A stretch of 64,000 nucleotides of DNA, taken from NCBI GenBank assembly GCA_951406725.2, contig OX597825.1:11036001-11100000 (forward strand), read 5' to 3'. The position numbers and the translations under genes were made by a program. Below, piece after piece: positions 14,901-25,046 of this stretch. Numbering within the stretch: position 1 is the first letter of the stretch; each line of letters starts with the position of its first letter. Origin of the DNA: Octopus vulgaris (Eukaryota). Below the pieces are notes generated by a model. That model was not told the DNA's origin, made no database searches, and saw only the letters and a program-made list of their open reading frames with translations.

Positions 14901-15299
14901 TTGTTATTTTTGTTTTTTGCTCACCTGTACCTGTATGTCCCTTTTTTTTCTCCACATTATATTTTCCTATAACAAACTAGTGATAACAGATCATATTGCA
15001 GTGTCTTCTCAGTAGGGGACCTAAAACAAGTTTTGGTTAAATTACCCAGAAGATACACTTCATTCCCTGTTGCAACTTTTCTTGTTTTCTTTCTTTACAG
15101 TTATTGATATCAGTCACATTTAATATCTATTAGTGACCTCAGTGGCCTCATTATTGGATGTTTTATACTCTAGTCTTAAATCTTTACTAATGAAAATGCT
15201 AATGATTCTTTTTAAAATTAATTTCTGCTGTTTTGTTCTGTTTTTTGTGTTTTTTTGCCACTGATGCTCTTTTGCAAACAATATCTAATAATGCAAATT

Positions 15300-15630
15300 A
15301 TATGCCATGTCTCAGTGGTTAGAGTGTCAGGCTCACAATTATGAGATAGTGAGTTTGATTCCCAGACTGGACTTTGAGTTGCATTCTTGAGCAAGACATT
15401 TTGTTTCATGTTGCTCCAGTTCACTCAGCTGTTGAAATGAGTTGCAACAACCCTGATGTCAAACTGTATCTGCCTTTGCCTTTCCCTTGGATAACATCAG
15501 TGGTGTGGAGAGGAGAGGCTGGTATATCTAGGTGACTGCTGGTCTTCCATAAACAACCTTGCCCAGACTTGTGCCTTGGAGGAGAACTTTCTAGGTGCGA
15601 TCACATGGTCATTTTTGATCGAAGGGAGTT
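15300..15630 (+). mobile_element. SINE family D, degenerate
   Basis: Collinear with 58718-59048. Confidence 0.8.
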
Positions 15631-17477
15631 TTTATGACAGGGTACTTGATGAAGTATTTTAATCTAGGGCCTTGACTTTGTATACATGCATGGCAAAGTG
15701 GCAAAATCAATGATCTTGAGGCTATACTGTGCAAATGATAAGAAATGATCTTTAAAACAAAATGCATGAAACATGTTTATTGTATGTGTAGTGTTTATTG
15801 AAGGTGGTCATCATTGCTGTTGTTAGCCTCAGGTTATCTCTTAGAGAAATCTATGTGACCATCCCATCATTTTTCAGATATAGCTTGGGCTACAATATCC
15901 AATGTGGCCTTCCTCTTTCTTAGATGATAGAATGTGGTTTGAAGGAAATTTTGTTGCTGTTTATTGTAGATGGCGTAACAGCATAGTGGCTCTGTCATTG
16001 GTTAGAATCTCAAGCTGGGTTTGTGACTATGTTATATAACATGCACACACATACATATACAATTGAACTTGAGAAATACAAAATTCAGGGCCATCCAAAG
16101 TACTCAATTTTAGATTAGTATTAATTTATGGTTTGAATAAATGCTTGCTACTCAGTAATGGTAAAAATACATTTATTGTTCTTCTATATCATTGTTCTGA
16201 AACAGTTTTCGTACTGCACAATTTAGGGAGCAAAGTTTTACTCTTATCACATACACCAAATTTAATGTGGAGGCACTGGAAGAAAGAGGACATTTTCCAA
16301 TTAAATTTGCTATGTTATTTTTATTGTTCTCACTTAAGATCCCTTTATTCTCTCAAATTTTGTCCTTCAAAAAAACCTTTTCTCCATCAGTCAATCATGT
16401 AACCACATGAAATACATCTGCACACATCTTGGAGAGATTACTCCACAGTTTAAAGAATAAGGCTGTATATCATTTTAGTGTCATATTTCAGTTTTGATTT
16501 GTTTTACTTTTATATGTAACTTTAAAACTTATATAACAATGCTTAATTTCTAATTCACTTAGAATTGTTTAACCTTGAAACATTTTGATTTGATATTGAT
16601 TGCATCTGAATTGTAAGTGTTGCTGGTATATCTGTGTTTGTGATATACATAAAGACACATCTACTCACATATGATACACTATATAAAAATGTATCTGGGG
16701 GTCAAATTCGCTTACATTAATACATACGTTTGCACACATGTACATGCACACATACACGTGTTTATACCACAAAATAAACAAAACAATACATACACACACA
16801 GTTATATAAAATACTGTTTGATGTTTTTGAAAATTTAAACACTGCTTTTTAACTTTAAAATCTATGCAGTTTTATGTTTTAGATACCACTTCTAAACTGT
16901 TTGGATAGGATGCTTTCATATAGTTCATACATTAACAATATGACTGAGGTAAAATATCTGAAAAATAGTCACTTTTATGGCAATATAGGAAGGAATATCT
17001 TTTAGTTATAAGCATAATTTCAGTTGCATACATATACTCACACTCATACATGTACACACATTGTCATTTTCCTAACTGTTAGAACCTAGAATTTTGGAAA
17101 AGAGCTACCAGTGATGTATATAATCATATTCTGTGTGTGTGTGTGTGTAGGTAATTGATATTATGTGGATACCATATTTTTCAAGCTGGTATCCAAATAG
17201 GTTTAATTACACAATTATCCCCTCTGTTCTACCCACACAGCACAAGCAGGTGTTCTTTCAGGGTTATGTTCTTAGTCTCATTCTATATATTGTAGTTTAA
17301 GTGTGAATATTTTTGAGAACTTTCCTATTGTGACAATCTATTGAATTAAAATATATTGAAGAACTGCAGAAAAAGTGATCTAGGGCCTAAAACTTAGAAT
17401 AGCAGATACCAAAATACTTATTAAAGAAGTATACCATGTGGGAAATGACATTTGTTGATATATATAAAGAAAATGGA

Positions 17478-17735
17478 AATTTCAATCCTGGGTTCACATT
17501 CCTAAGGTTTTTTTTTTCGATGTTATTATTATTATTATTATTATTCAGGTCACTGCCTGGAATCGAACTTGGAATCTTGGGGTTAGTAGCCTGCAATCTT
17601 AACCACTATCCCATATCCCTGTGGACAATTATGGAGTGAAATTTAGGGCTTATAAATCTAATATTTTCCTATCCTTCCTTAATTGCGAGTTCGATTTCAG
17701 GCTGTGACCTGATTAATAATAATAATAATAATAAC

Positions 17736-17772
<37 letters not shown>

Positions 17773-17963
17773 GTAATGATAACAATAATAACATCGAAAA
17801 GTACCTCAGGAATGAGAACCCAGGTTCGAAATTTCCCCAAGACACCTAATGAAGGCTGGAGGGTATATCAGCCGAAACGTGTTAACAACAAGTAAGATGA
17901 GGACAAATATCTGTCAAATGTAAATAATGTATATAATTCTTCATCTCTTAAATATAGAACTGT
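17478..17963. mobile_element. tRNA-head/hammerhead element, head-to-head inverted copy
   Basis: The minus arm (17478-~17622) has the tRNA-like head. The plus arm (17686-17963) has a B-box, (AAT)n, a hammerhead and a tail. Homologous to 24648-25101. Confidence 0.75.
17841..17883 (+). ncRNA. Minimal type-I hammerhead ribozyme, mutated (CTAATGA core)
   Basis: GACAC CTAATGA AGGCTG gagggtatat CAGCC GAAA CGT GTT. Confidence 0.65.
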
Positions 17964-18014
17964 AGCTCAGAGAGCTGTAACCTTAGTCTGTTGGCATTAA
18001 AGAATCTCTTTCTT

Positions 18015-18049
<35 letters not shown>

Positions 18050-18626
18050 AAGCCAGAATGTTGCTGCATGTAAATGAACATTGGCATTGAAGATGTAAGA
18101 AACACCTGTAAAAGCTTGAGAAATTATTCAGATATGATGAATAAGAATTGAAATTTTAATATATGTGAAGATCAGTGTGGTCAGCTGTAAGGGATTAAAG
18201 GTATCAGCCAATATATATATATATATATATATATATGGAAAAAATAAAAACATAAACAATAACAACAACATGGGAAGCAGTAGTGGTGGTCAGACCAGAG
18301 GATTTGGGTTTTCAAGGCCAGTGTATATATATATGCACTTCTCCCTCTGAATAGGACAGTTAATCTTTTCCAAGTAGCTTTCATCATGAGTGGAATTGAG
18401 CACAACGCTGCTAGCCAATGTTTCACTGATCAATTCTTTAATGCTGCTAGTTAATTTTTACCACCTGGGGTACCTATTTAGAACTAACTCCACTTGTTCA
18501 TTGAGAGTCATGTGTCTTCACCATGGATACAATATAGTGCAAGTGACAGAAATGAACTGTTGATCTTTTAGCTTGTTGTCCGGTATGCTATCAGCCCCCC
18601 CCCCATTCTCCATTATCTACTTAATG

Positions 18627-18672
<46 letters not shown>

Positions 18673-18796
18673 GAATATCTATTACTAATACTTGTATATG
18701 TATAAACTATCTATGCAATATTTGGGGTATTGCTAGTATAAGTGAGTACATTTAAGTATAGTATGATAGTCCCTCAAAATGAATACTGTTGGAAAA

Positions 18797-18892
18797 ATGG
18801 AGATGATACGGATGGATTCATCGCTAAAGGATATACCAATACCAACTAAGGACAATTATGTTATTATGGTTCTCGTTTTGTTAAATATATAA
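18797..18892 (+). pseudogene. Probable N-terminus of a Penelope-like element ORF (truncated)
   Basis: MEMIRMDSSLKDIPIPTKDNYVIM resembles the YS(L/T)KNIPIPS..Y motif I recall at the start of Penelope-like (Naiad-type) ORFs. It lies between (TA)n tracts. Confidence 0.45.
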
Positions 18893-18966
18893 ATAAATAA
18901 GTCAACATTCTAATATCCTAAACCTGATAAACCAACTAAATTGTTTCTCCATTTTCTTATTTGCAT

Positions 18967-19023
<57 letters not shown>

Positions 19024-19052
19024 GTATGTATGTATGTATGTATGTATGTATG

Positions 19053-19091
<39 letters not shown>

Positions 19092-19092
<1 letters not shown>

Positions 19093-19307
19093 AATGTGAC
19101 CTCGTGTGTACCGTTGGCAATTTTTTTTCCTCCGTCTTCCCTTCTTTGGATCTTTCCTTTTCCTATGTTTCTGACAAAGAGCTCCGCTCGAAACGTTAAA
19201 CCCTCCTTCTTTCCTTCTTTCCTGAGCGTCCAATAATACTATACTTCTTCCACGTCCTCGCATTGTTGTGTTTTCTCTTTGTGTTTTTTGTGTTTTCATG
19301 TTTGGAT

Positions 19308-19312
<5 letters not shown>
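19092..19312 (+). mobile_element. Hammerhead-bearing short element (PLE pseudo-LTR-like) in (TA)n
   Basis: ~220 bp, pyrimidine-rich, flanked on both sides by (TA)n, and carrying a hammerhead. Related to 57665-57830. Confidence 0.7.
19167..19201 (+). ncRNA. Minimal type-I hammerhead ribozyme (CTGACAA core, G8 lost)
   Basis: GTTT CTGACAA AGAGC tcc GCTC GAAA CG TT AAAC. Stem I is GTTT/AAAC, stem II is GAGC/GCTC, and stem III is the palindrome AACGTT. Confidence 0.7.
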
Positions 19313-19343
<31 letters not shown>

Positions 19344-19796
19344 GGCTTAGTAAAATAAATTACTTTGCATACTGAACTCATTAGAAATAGTATAAAAAAC
19401 TTTTTAAAACTATTTCTAATATTAAAGAAAATCTCTTCATATAGTGTTTGCTCATAACTATATGGGGGTAAAGACATTAAAAATCAAATGCAAAGGTTAT
19501 TAATTAATTAATTTTACCCTCAATTGTTGATGATGCTTCAATTGTACATACAGACACACACAAGTTCATGGTTCTTTACTTTATCCAAAGTGCTTAGAAT
19601 AGGAAGTGTTTCGAATTATGGAATGATTGTATAATTGCATTTATAAAATGGGATAGCTTGGAATGGAACTGAAACCTGAAAATGTCAATCATTTACATTT
19701 TGCAATACCGTTTATACATATACTGTGAAGATATTTTATATATTATTTAGTGAGTTTAAAACCATTTTGATAATTTTGTTTGTGTATATATACACA

Positions 19797-20201
19797 GGCG
19801 CAGGAGTGGCTGTGTGGTAAGTAGTTTGCTAACCAACCACATGGTTCCGGGTTCATTCCCACTGCGTGGCATCTTGGGCAAGTGTCTTCTGCTATAGGCC
19901 CGGGCCAACCAATGCCTTGTGAGTGTATTTGATAGACGGAAACTGAAAGAAGCCCGTCGTATATATGTATATATATGTATGTGCGTGTATGTTTGTGTGT
20001 CTGTGTTTGTCTCCCTAGCATTGCTTGACAACCAATGCTGGTGTGTTTACATCCCTGTCACTTAGCGGTTCGGCAAAAGAGACCGATAGAATAAGTACTG
20101 GGCTTACAAAGAATAAGTCCCGGGGTCGATTTGCTCGACTAAAGGCGGTGCTCCAGCATGGCTGCAGTCAAATGACTGAAATAAGTAAATGAATAAAAGA
20201 A
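19797..20201 (+). mobile_element. tRNA-derived SINE, family A
   Basis: GGCGCAGGAGTGGCTGTGTGGTAAG (A box), GGGTTC..TCCC (B box), CTTGGGCAAGTGTCTT core, internal TA/TG tract, and 3' GACTGAAA.AAGTAAA. Confidence 0.92.
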
Positions 20202-20551
20202 TATATATGTATATATATAATGAGGATAATCATGTTATAGTCACATAAATTTTTATGTGGAGCTAAAATTAAATGCAGTGATATCTGTCCTATTCACAAG
20301 GGTCTCCCTTTAATTTCACACATTTCTTATAATTTCTTGTTCTGAGATGCAAACTCACAACTAGAGTCATTCAGTTAATCAATCCATCCTATCATTATAC
20401 AATCAAGATTTTGATTTTTTGCTTTATGCAATGGTTTTATATAGTTTATCAACTTCAGATTATCACTTTCAGCAATTTTTTTTTTCTATTTTTTAGTTTT
20501 AATCTTTTTTATGTTACATATGTGAAGTTTTTCCAACATTTTTACTTCTTA

Positions 20552-20966
20552 TGCGCAGGAGTGGCTGTGTGGTAAGTAGCTTGCTAACCAACCACATGGT
20601 TCTGGGTTCAGTCCCACTGCGTGGCATCTTGGGCAAGTGTCTTCTGCTATAGCCCTGGGCTGACCAATGCCTTGTGAGTGGATTTGGTAGATGGAAACTG
20701 AAAGAAGCCTGTCGTATATATGTATATATATATATATGTGTGTGTGTGTTTGTGTGTCTGTGTTTGTCCCCCTAGCATTGCTTGACAACCGATGCTGGTG
20801 TGTTTACGTCCCCGTCACTTAGCGGTTCGGCAAAAGAGACTGATAGAATAAGTACTGGGCTTACAAAGAATAAAGTCCCGGGGTCAATTTGCTCGACTAA
20901 AGGCGGTGCTCCAGCATGGACACAGTCAAATGACTGAAACAATTAAAAGAGTAAAAGAGTAAAGAG
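20552..20966 (+). mobile_element. SINE family A
   Basis: Near-identical to 19797-20201, with a (GTAAAAGA)n tail. Confidence 0.92.
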
Positions 20967-21132
20967 TTATACATAGATACAATCAGTTTTTTCTTTTCAC
21001 TTTTATTATAACAATTTTCTGGAATTTTCAATTTGGAGCAATTCTCTCATTTCAAAAATTTTTGTATTTTGGAGCTTTCCTGAAATAGATTAAAGATTAC
21101 CAACCTTATGTGTGTGTGTGCATGCATGCATG

Positions 21133-21166
<34 letters not shown>

Positions 21167-21225
21167 TGTATGTATGTATGTATGTATGAATAAGTAGATA
21201 AGTCTATGTCTGGTCATAGAGTGAC

Positions 21226-21315
21226 CAATGGTTTTGCATCCACAAAGGGCTTAGCACCGTGAACATCTTGTCAGACACTCACAGAGCTAAGCCCTTTGTG
21301 GATACGAAACCATTG
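21226..21315. repeat. ~90-nt hairpin (30-bp near-perfect arms)
   Basis: CAATGGTTTTGCATCCACAAAGGGCTTAGC / GCTAAGCCCTTTGTGGATACGAAACCATTG. Confidence 0.9.
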
Positions 21316-21360
21316 ATATATATATATATATGTGTGTGTGTATATATATATATATATATA

Positions 21361-21771
21361 AAGGGTGGAGGAACTCTTGAGAGTCAACGGCCATCCAATA
21401 AATGTCTTAAGGCCGTATCATGCGCAGGGACATAGAAATAGCCGGACTGAATACCCGATCGCACAGTTAAACCATTGGGAGTGAAGGACTCCTAGCCTTT
21501 GTTAGGGCATCCTTCTAGGAGAAGGTAACTCATGTATCTGGGATAACTCCGATATAAAACCTGCAGCTCAGTGGTTACCGATGATGTTGACTTGTTCTTC
21601 TTTTCAGATTATGGCTGCTGTTGCTTAGTGAGTGGGATTGACTCAGTGCACAGCCTTTCCTCACTTTCAAAAAAAAATCTTCTTGCACAGGCATTGCATG
21701 ATAACAACATTGATTAAGCTTCGTGCAATGGCCATACTCGATAACGAGGGGGCAGCCACCATATATATGTA
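21361..21771 (+). mobile_element. (TA)n-inserted short retroposon with RTE 5'-UTR-like segment
   Basis: Contains GGGCATCCTTCTAGGAGAAGGTAACTC. Its 3' 160 bp recur inverted at 43459-43620, also in (TA)n. Confidence 0.65.
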
Positions 21772-21984
21772 TATATGTGTGTGTGTATATATATATATAT
21801 TATAATAAGAGATATATGTGTGTGTGTGTGTGTGTATGTATATATATGTACATATATATGATATATGTATATATATACATGTATATATTTATGACATATA
21901 TATGTATGTATATATGTATATATGTGTATATGTATATGTATGTTTGTATGTGTATATGTGTATGTATATATATATATATATAAT

Positions 21985-22365
21985 AATAATAAATCTCTGA
22001 GTGAGATATAAACAGTAACTGCTCTATAACATAAGGGGTATCAGCCATCTGAATGTGGCTAGGGACAGGGCGGGGTAGTGGGGGTGTTACTGATGAATTT
22101 AGCCCCAGGCGATCATCAACGTCACCAGAAGGGCTGACACCATCTCGGTGTCCTTGCCAGCCTGCAAAGGGAGATCAGCCTCCCCGAAGATACGGATACT
22201 ACATACAGATCGGTTTCGAGGTATTTGCCTATTACCAACGCATGGTAAGCACCGTTCTTCGTTGAGGGACTTCCTCTACAGGCTGGATATATATGGATTT
22301 TCACAGTAACCACAGTCACTGATGTAGAAAAACCGTTCGACAACAATAATAAATCTCTGAGCGAG
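21985..22365 (-). mobile_element. 360-nt hammerhead element, left copy (360+21 nt)
   Basis: AATAATAAATCTCTGAG(T/C)GAG occurs at 21985 and 22345, exactly 360 nt apart. It is the reverse complement of 22366-22770. Confidence 0.9.
22202..22244 (-). ncRNA. Hammerhead ribozyme, damaged copy
   Basis: Minus strand reads CATGCG TTGGTAA TAGG caaata CCTC GAAA CCGA TC TGTATG. Confidence 0.6.
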
Positions 22366-22766
22366 CCCTGTCCCTAGCCACATTCAGATGGCTGATCCCC
22401 CTTATGTTATAGAGCAGTTACTGTTTATATCTCGCTCAGAGATTTATTATTGTTGTCGAACGGTTTTTCTACATCAGTGACTGTGGTTACTGTGAAAATC
22501 CATATATATCCAGCCTGTAGAGGAAGTCCCTCAACGAAGAACGGTGCTTACCATGCGTTGATAAGAGGCAAATACCTCGAAACCAGTCCGTATGTAGTAT
22601 CCGTATCTTCGGGGAGGCTGATCTCCCTTTGCAGGCTGGCAAGGACACCGAGATGGTGTCAGCCCTTCTGGTGACGTTGATGATCGCCTGGGGCTAAATG
22701 CATCAGTAACACCCCCACTACCCCGCCCTGTCCCTAGCCACATTCAGATGGCTGATCCCCCTTATG

Positions 22767-22770
<4 letters not shown>
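22366..22770 (+). mobile_element. 360-nt hammerhead element, right copy (360+45 nt)
   Basis: CCCTGTCCCTAGCC...CTTATGTTAT occurs at 22366-22410 and 22726-22770, period 360. Confidence 0.9.
22552..22594 (+). ncRNA. Minimal type-I hammerhead ribozyme with U3:A8 core
   Basis: CATGCG TTGATAA GAGG caaata CCTC GAAA CCAG TC CGTATG. Stem I is CATGCG/CGTATG and stem II is GAGG/CCTC. The GUC cleavage triplet ends at 22588. Confidence 0.8.
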
Positions 22771-22809
<39 letters not shown>

Positions 22810-23203
22810 TCTTTCTTTTGTGTTATGCTAAGAAGCATGTGCAATACCAGATAAATTTATATATAGAAATTAAGACATGTGCTCCCAGTAATACATCCGA
22901 TATATCTGTATGATCACAAAATAATCCAAGAACATTTAGCATTAAGTCAGAATGTTCAGAGTTATGATAATAGTCTTCAGGATTGATATACCAATGTCCA
23001 ATATTTCAGAAATCTAACAAAAGAACTAACATATATGAAAATTACTTATATTTACTCGGACAGAATTGTTTTCCCCAACAGCAAACTTAACTAATTTCAT
23101 TAGCAGGCTTCAAAAAAAGTGATGTGGTGGTACACACATACGTGCATGATGGAATCTCCATCGGTTATTCAGTCAGGAGAATTCCTTCTTATGAGATTGA
23201 CAT

Positions 23204-23426
23204 CTAACTCCTTAGCATTTAAAACATCCATATCTGGCCAAAATATTCTGTTTTATGTTAAAACCTACTAGATCTGGCTTCTCACAGTTACCTACAATGT
23301 CATTCTAAAGAAAAACAATCACATCATTGGAATCTCACAACTATGAAATGATCCATGATTAATTCAAAACAGTGTGCATAAATAAACATTACATTTGACA
23401 GAGTAATCTGAATACTAAAAGGTTAA
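23204..23426. mobile_element. piggyBac-like MITE, degenerate
   Basis: (C)TAACTCCTTAGCATT ... AATACTAAAAGGTTAA form imperfect TIRs with TTAA-like ends. Confidence 0.5.
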
Positions 23427-23736
23427 ATTGCTTACTTTTCCACTGGCGTGTAGACTTAGTATAGCTCTTAGACTATACGACAAAGCTGGACCTTTCATTT
23501 GCAGTCTAGAGAGTTGGAGCAAGAAACATATAAGGAGAGACAGACAGACAAGTGGATGGAAAGGCAAACAGAGAAAGAGAGAGTACCAGTTCTGTACTGG
23601 GGTCAATTCTTTAGCTCTATTGACCTTGAAAGGTGAAGGTTGACATCATGAAGGTTTCATTCAGAATGCAGAGAGTATGAACAAATACTGCAAAATGTTC
23701 TATCCAATGCTCTTACACCTCTGCTAATTTACCACC

Positions 23737-23911
<175 letters not shown>

Positions 23912-24685
23912 AAATCATGACAAACTGGATATACTGAATATATATTCAGAAACAATACTCAGTATATCAAGCATTGTGATTGATCTGAAGTAATGAGCAC
24001 ACATTACTGATGAGATTGTAATCGGTGATGAAAGGATTGACAGACAGACTGATTGATTGATTGATTGATTAAGCAATTAGTTAATTTGATTAGGTAATTA
24101 GCTAATTATTTAACTAGTTGACTAGTAATAAAAGTGCATTTTTATTGGCAAAATGACCCTCCCAAAATACAATATCTTGTTTCAACACTACATCTCACAT
24201 CAAGATCCTACAAAGAAAATGTGTGTGTGTGAGTGAGTGAGAATGAGAGAAGGAGAGAGAGAGGGGGGGAGCATTTTGAAATATTTAAAGAAAACCAGAA
24301 ATGATGTTGATGTGTAGATATGAAAAGAAATATCTTTTGATGAACTGGAAGAGCTTCATGTAGTTATAAGTGGTATAACTCTAATCTTTCTATCTCCTTA
24401 AGACAGTAGCCATCTCTGTATGGAGATTAACCCCAAACTATAAAAGCGTATGATAGTATTCCCCATTTTCAAAAAGACAACTTCTCAAATGCTACAACTA
24501 TCAACTTACTTTTTATCCTGCAACTTACAGATGATGGAAATAGTTGTAAACAACCTCCTAATTTATCCATGAATGAGGCAGCCTCTACATGGATGCTTGC
24601 TCTTCTAGAAATAGCAGTAGAATCGTCCTCAAATCACATCCTCACCTTCATTTGATGGATATTTGTCCTCATCTTGTTTGTTGTT

Positions 24686-24731
24686 AACGCATCGTTTCGG
24701 CTGATATACCCTCCAGCCTTCATCAGGTGTC
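24686..24731 (-). ncRNA. Minimal type-I hammerhead ribozyme (intact core, altered cleavage triplet)
   Basis: Minus strand reads GACAC CTGATGA AGGCTG gagggtatat CAGCC GAAA CG AT GCGTT. Confidence 0.75.
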
Positions 24732-24787
24732 TTGGGGGAATTTCAAACCTAGTTTCTCATTCCTAAAGTTTTTTTTGTTATTATTTA

Positions 24788-24831
<44 letters not shown>

Positions 24832-25000
24832 TCACTGTCTGGAATCGAACTCGGATGCCATATGCCCATGGGCATATGGTGTAGTGGTTAAGAACGTGGG
24901 CTACTAACCCCAAGATTCCGAGTTTGATTCCAGACTGTGACCTTAATAATAATAATAATAATAATATCAAAATGAAAACCCAGGTTCGAAATTTCTCCAA

Positions 25001-25046
25001 GACACCTGATGAAGGCTGGAGGGTATATCAGTCAAAATGTTGTGTT
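25001..25046 (+). ncRNA. Minimal type-I hammerhead ribozyme (GAAA mutated)
   Basis: GACAC CTGATGA AGGCTG gagggtatat CAGTC AAAA TG TT GTGTT. Confidence 0.7.

Noticed and set aside
22089-22097. CTGATGA on the plus strand of the left arm as a second hammerhead
   Set aside because: The other copy reads CTGATGC, and no stem II plus GAAA follows.
22053-22743. Four 70-74 aa ORFs in the inverted 360-nt element
   Set aside because: They are duplicated only because the DNA is duplicated. No recognisable domain is present, and the RNA structure explains the sequence better.
24870-24942. Functional tRNA gene
   Set aside because: The acceptor stem is poor, the anticodon is ACT, and it is embedded in a multi-copy element. 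It is a tRNA-derived head.
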